Of a DNA stretch of 64,000 nt, positions 60,234-64,000 are shown in pieces. The notes under the pieces were generated by a model. It saw only the letters and a program-made list of their open reading frames with translations. It did not search any database and had not been told where the DNA came from. Every line of letters starts with the position of its first letter. Position 1 is the stretch's first letter. Position numbers and translations under genes: made by a program. The stretch comes from Syntrophales bacterium (GTDB lineage Bacteria > Desulfobacterota > Syntrophia > Syntrophales > PHBD01): contig OY764159.1 in the NCBI GenBank assembly GCA_963668175.1, forward strand, positions 3,616,001 to 3,680,000, written 5' to 3'.

Positions 60234-60407
60234 TTAGTGTCTCAAACGGCGCACAAGGTCCGTCATAAAGGCCTCTCGCTCCTGCAGATTCCTGCGAAAT
60301 TCCTTTTTATCCGTATCGGCGATTTCTCTTGTCAGGTCGGGGAGGTATCGCTCGAGGACGACTAAGAGTTTTTCCTCTTCTTGCGCTGACAGATTGAGTC
60401 TGGACAT
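60234..60407 (-). CDS. Small hypothetical protein (57 aa), absent from the ORF track
   Basis: AAGGAGG RBS, ATG 60407, MSRLNLSAQEEEKLLVVLERYLPDLTREIADTDKKEFRRNLQEREAFMTDLVRRLRH, TAA at 60234-60236. Confidence 0.75.
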   Translation of the reverse strand: MSRLNLSAQEEEKLLVVLERYLPDLTREIADTDKKEFRRNLQEREAFMTDLVRRLRH

Positions 60408-60670
60408 GATCTTCCTCCTTTCCTTTGCTGACGGTATATTTAACGGTTAGAAACCAGACAACGCGCCACCGCCTTGATATTATGATTAGGTATTTCAAGG
60501 ATGATTCTCAATCGGGCAAATACTGATTTACGACTTCTAAATAACTGAAGATAGGGGGAGAAGATGATGATGGCAAAAGCGCAAGACGGCCTGAGAAGGG
60601 GAAGAGACTGTTCCTGATGATGACAAACGATTCTCGTCCCCCCCTGACCGGCCGGCCGACAGGGTTTGAG

Positions 60671-61378
60671 CTACTTCATCGCCGCCCTGGCGATCTCGTC
60701 CAGGAGTTTCGCGGCCTGAGGATTGCGGACAATCGGCCGGATCAGGATATCCGAAGGTTTTACTATTTTCCCGTAATAGGCTTCATTCAGGCTGTCCCGG
60801 CTTCCGGCAACGGCTCCCTGAAGCGATACGCCGCCATAAAGCCCCTTCGACCGGGAAAAGCTGAGGATGTCCGCGCTGAGATTGGCGGTCTGGGCCGACA
60901 GCCCCACGCCGAAAGGTCCGACAGCGATGGCGGCATCGGCACCGAGCTTGAAATTGGTTGACTGAAAAGCGGCGACACCCCTGTCCGTCATCACCAGGAG
61001 CAAGACTTCGGAAGATTGGCCGCCGATCAAGAGACCGATACTCGCCCCTCCGATCGTATAGAAAACAGGTCCATTCCATTTACCGTTTCCATCGCGCTGG
61101 AGAAACACGCCGCTGCCGCCCGAGGCACCGACAATGAAGCCCCCTTGAAGCATCTGGGGCATGATAAAGAGCCCTCTGGCATCCTTCAACAAATCGCGCA
61201 TGACCCCCATATATTCATCCTTCATGAGGCTTTGCAGCGTGATGAGAGACTTGTCCACAAGTTCCGCGGCTTCGGTCTTATCATCGGCGAAGGATGGGCA
61301 AACCACAAACAAATCATAACCCGACAAGACGGATACGACCAAGACGACGGCCGCAACTCTCGATAACATCTTTTCCAT
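60671..61378 (-). CDS. Lipid-binding SYLF/Ysc84-domain protein
   Basis: Signal peptide; GGFIVG..GG.GV, W.GP.F, GGAS.G..IG.Q, SRSKGLYGGVSL.G, N.AYYG; ATG 61378. Confidence 0.9.
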   Translation of the reverse strand: MEKMLSRVAAVVLVVSVLSGYDLFVVCPSFADDKTEAAELVDKSLITLQSLMKDEYMGVMRDLLKDARGLFIMPQMLQGGFIVGASGGSGVFLQRDGNGKWNGPVFYTIGGASIGLLIGGQSSEVLLLVMTDRGVAAFQSTNFKLGADAAIAVGPFGVGLSAQTANLSADILSFSRSKGLYGGVSLQGAVAGSRDSLNEAYYGKIVKPSDILIRPIVRNPQAAKLLDEIARAAMK

Positions 61379-61502
61379 ATCGAACCCCCTCCTGTTTATT
61401 TCTTGTCTTTGTCGTCCCTCTTTCTTAAAAGACCTTTCCGGAGAACACCTCTGCCGTGAACAGGTCATTTTCGGAAGTCATCAAGACACGGAATCCGTTT
61501 CA

Positions 61503-63950
61503 TCATCGACTTCGATCGAGTTCTTTACGTACGGCGACGCCGATTCTTTCCAGGATGTAAGGTTTCTTCACGTAAGACCCGGCTCCTAACGCCTGGGCTT
61601 CCTTGACCCTTGACGTCTCGGAATAACCGCTGACGATGATCGCCCTCTGTCCGGGATGAATGGAGAGAATTCTGCGATAGGTATCGAGGCCGTCCATGCC
61701 GGGGTCCATGATCATATCCAGCAAGACCAGGTCCACTTTGTGATTTTCGAGATACTTCAACGCATGTTCACCGCTCGGCGCCGTGATAACGCCGTAGTTC
61801 AATTCGGAGAGCATTTGGGCCGCCAATTCGCGCTGGCCATCTACATCGTCAACGATAAGGACCTTTTCTCCCCGTCCCATGTACTCTACGGTCGGCCTGT
61901 CGATCTGATCGGGATATATTTCCTCGGTTGTCGTCGGCAGGTAGAGGGTAAACGTACTGCCCTTCCCCGCTTTGCTTTCTACATTGATCAATCCGTTATG
62001 GTCTTTGACGGTCCCCCAGACGACGGAAAGCCCCAGGCCGGTACCGCTTCTCCCCATAACTTTCTTCGTATAAAAAGGTTCAAAGATGTGTTTCATGTCT
62101 TCGGGTGTTATGCCTTCTCCCGTATCGGCAATGGAAAGAACTACGTACGTCCCTTCTTTCAATTCGTCAAACCCTGGCAGCCGTTCCTGCAGGCACAAGT
62201 TTTCCGTCTTGATGGTCAGCAGGCCGCCGTCCGGCATGGCTTCGGCCGCATTGGAAACCAGATTCATCAGTGTTTTGTTGAGGTGCACGGGTGAACCCAT
62301 AATATTCTTCAAATCAGGAGCCAGACGGCTTTCCACCCGTACCAGGGGATGAAACGAAAGGAGTTTATCGTACTCGGGCGTTTCCCGGTAATCCTTGATG
62401 AGTTCGTTCAGATTGACTACTTTCTCCGTATGAACGCCTCTTCGGGCCATGGTAAGCAGGTCCTGGACGATAGCCGCGGCCCTCTCACTGCTTTTCATGA
62501 TATTCTCGACATACCGGCGAATGGCATTCCCCTCCTCCGTCTTGAGAACAAGGAGTTCCGCATAGCCGACCAGAACCCCCAGGACATTATTGAGATCGTG
62601 TGCAACACCTCCGGCCAGGGAGCCTAAAGCCTCCATCTTTTCGGCCCGCTGCAGCCTGTCTTCCAATTCCTTCTGTCTTTCGGCTGCCTGTTTTCGTTCC
62701 GTTATATTGCGGGAAACGCCGTAAAGGCCGATAAGTTCCCCGCTGCCGCCGCGCATAGCCTTCATATCGTTGTCCATCCAGACAATCGAACCGTCTTTAT
62801 GGTAATACTCGACTTCCAGCGTTACGGACCGCCCCGGATCAGCGCCATCTGCTTCCCGCTGTAATTCCCGTCCCAATAAATCTCTTGCTCTCATGAGCGA
62901 TGCCGGCGTCATCATCGTTTCCACCGGTTGCTTCTTCCGCTCCTCCTGGCTGAATCCCAGCACTCTCTCTATCGACGGACTGACATACGTCGTCACCATA
63001 TTGAGGTCGAGTATCCAGACGATATCGCCCATATTTTCAGCAATGAACCGGAATATCTCTTGACTTTTCTTCAGGGCATCCTCCGCCCTCTTCCTTTCCG
63101 TGATATCGATAACCGTGCCCCAGATACTCTGGCCGTCGAGAACCGCGCTCAACAGGACGTGCCTCACATCTCCCGTTTTCGTGAGCAGATCGATGTCGTA
63201 ACTGTTCAAAAGACCGCTTCGTTCCAGGGCGGTAACGAATGCCTCCCGTTCCCCCGGCAGTTTATAGAGATTGACGGCGTTGACGTTCACCATCTCTTCC
63301 GGGGAACTGTATTCGAGCATATCGGCAAAAGCCTGGTTGACAAAAAACATCCTCCCGTCCAGATGGGTTTGATAGACTCCGGCGGGCGTGTTGTCGACCA
63401 GGCTGCGGTAATTTCTTTCCGAACGGTACAAGCGCTGGAGGAGGTCCCTGTGTTCCGACTCCAGATACGTGCGTTCCGTGACATCGCGGATCACACTGAT
63501 GAGCGCCTTTGCCTCACCCGCTGTATTCCTGACAAGGGACGAGTTCATCTCCACGGTAATCGTTCCGCCGGTATCAACGCTTAACTTACCTATTTGTCTG
63601 CTCGACGATCCGGCAGCTATCGTATCGGACATATGGGCGGCGACTGCCGTTTTGCTCTCTTCGTCGAAGATGTCTAATATCGATCCGACCTTCGCCAGAA
63701 GTTCATCGATACTCTCTACACCGTGCATTCTCGCTGTTTGTGCGTTGGCGGCGATAATGGCGCCGTCCGGCGAATACATCACGATGGCATCCGGAGACGT
63801 TTCGAACAATACCCTGTAGAGATCGATTCCCTCATCTTGAACCCGGCCCGTCTTTTCTTCTCTTTCCTGCTTTCGATGTTCGGCTAACTGGATACGCAGT
63901 TTCTTAAGTTCGTTTATCAACTGCGTCACGGACTTACTTTCGTCTTGCAT
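61503..63950 (-). CDS. PAS hybrid histidine kinase with receiver
   Basis: Three PAS domains, GVAHDLNN, NLVSNAAEAM, DTGEGI, FEPFYTKK, GTGLGL, REC LDMIM; ATG 63950. Confidence 0.95.
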   Translation of the reverse strand: MQDESKSVTQLINELKKLRIQLAEHRKQEREEKTGRVQDEGIDLYRVLFETSPDAIVMYSPDGAIIAANAQTARMHGVESIDELLAKVGSILDIFDEESKTAVAAHMSDTIAAGSSSRQIGKLSVDTGGTITVEMNSSLVRNTAGEAKALISVIRDVTERTYLESEHRDLLQRLYRSERNYRSLVDNTPAGVYQTHLDGRMFFVNQAFADMLEYSSPEEMVNVNAVNLYKLPGEREAFVTALERSGLLNSYDIDLLTKTGDVRHVLLSAVLDGQSIWGTVIDITERKRAEDALKKSQEIFRFIAENMGDIVWILDLNMVTTYVSPSIERVLGFSQEERKKQPVETMMTPASLMRARDLLGRELQREADGADPGRSVTLEVEYYHKDGSIVWMDNDMKAMRGGSGELIGLYGVSRNITERKQAAERQKELEDRLQRAEKMEALGSLAGGVAHDLNNVLGVLVGYAELLVLKTEEGNAIRRYVENIMKSSERAAAIVQDLLTMARRGVHTEKVVNLNELIKDYRETPEYDKLLSFHPLVRVESRLAPDLKNIMGSPVHLNKTLMNLVSNAAEAMPDGGLLTIKTENLCLQERLPGFDELKEGTYVVLSIADTGEGITPEDMKHIFEPFYTKKVMGRSGTGLGLSVVWGTVKDHNGLINVESKAGKGSTFTLYLPTTTEEIYPDQIDRPTVEYMGRGEKVLIVDDVDGQRELAAQMLSELNYGVITAPSGEHALKYLENHKVDLVLLDMIMDPGMDGLDTYRRILSIHPGQRAIIVSGYSETSRVKEAQALGAGSYVKKPYILERIGVAVRKELDRSR

Positions 63951-64000
63951 TCCCCTCTCCTCAAAAAGCACGGTTCTCACCCAGCTATATATACTATATT

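Noticed and set aside
1..64000. CRISPR array, tRNA/rRNA, prophage or transposase
   Set aside because: No regularly spaced direct repeats, RNA-gene signatures, or phage or transposase ORFs seen by eye

Overview
GC-rich bacterial chromosomal segment. Gene content (Desulfovibrio-type bacterioferritin, HAMP-poor MCP paralogues, many PAS hybrid kinases, Tat-exported SOR) suggests an anaerobic Desulfobacterota/deltaproteobacterium, possibly Syntrophales; this is inference. Housekeeping genes (recG, purM, purN, pfkA, ndh, pal, bfr) are interspersed with a dense signalling repertoire: four hybrid histidine kinases (one lacking the phosphoacceptor His), three tandem MCPs, a PAS-LuxR regulator, a PAS-GGDEF cyclase next to a PilZ protein, and two tandem class III nucleotide cyclases with non-canonical specificity residues. 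The strongest candidate for an undescribed system is at about 12.1-19.8 kb: a 6-TM hybrid sensor kinase followed by a PhcB-like SAM methyltransferase (the family making fatty-acid methyl ester quorum signals in Ralstonia), transcribed divergently from an ABCD-type transporter / thioesterase / Zn-phosphodiesterase cluster. Also notable is an sn-glycerol-1-phosphate dehydrogenase-like gene next to an AfuABC/FbpABC-type importer. I saw no rRNA, tRNA, CRISPR array or intact transposase. All calls come from motif recognition by eye, with no database searches.
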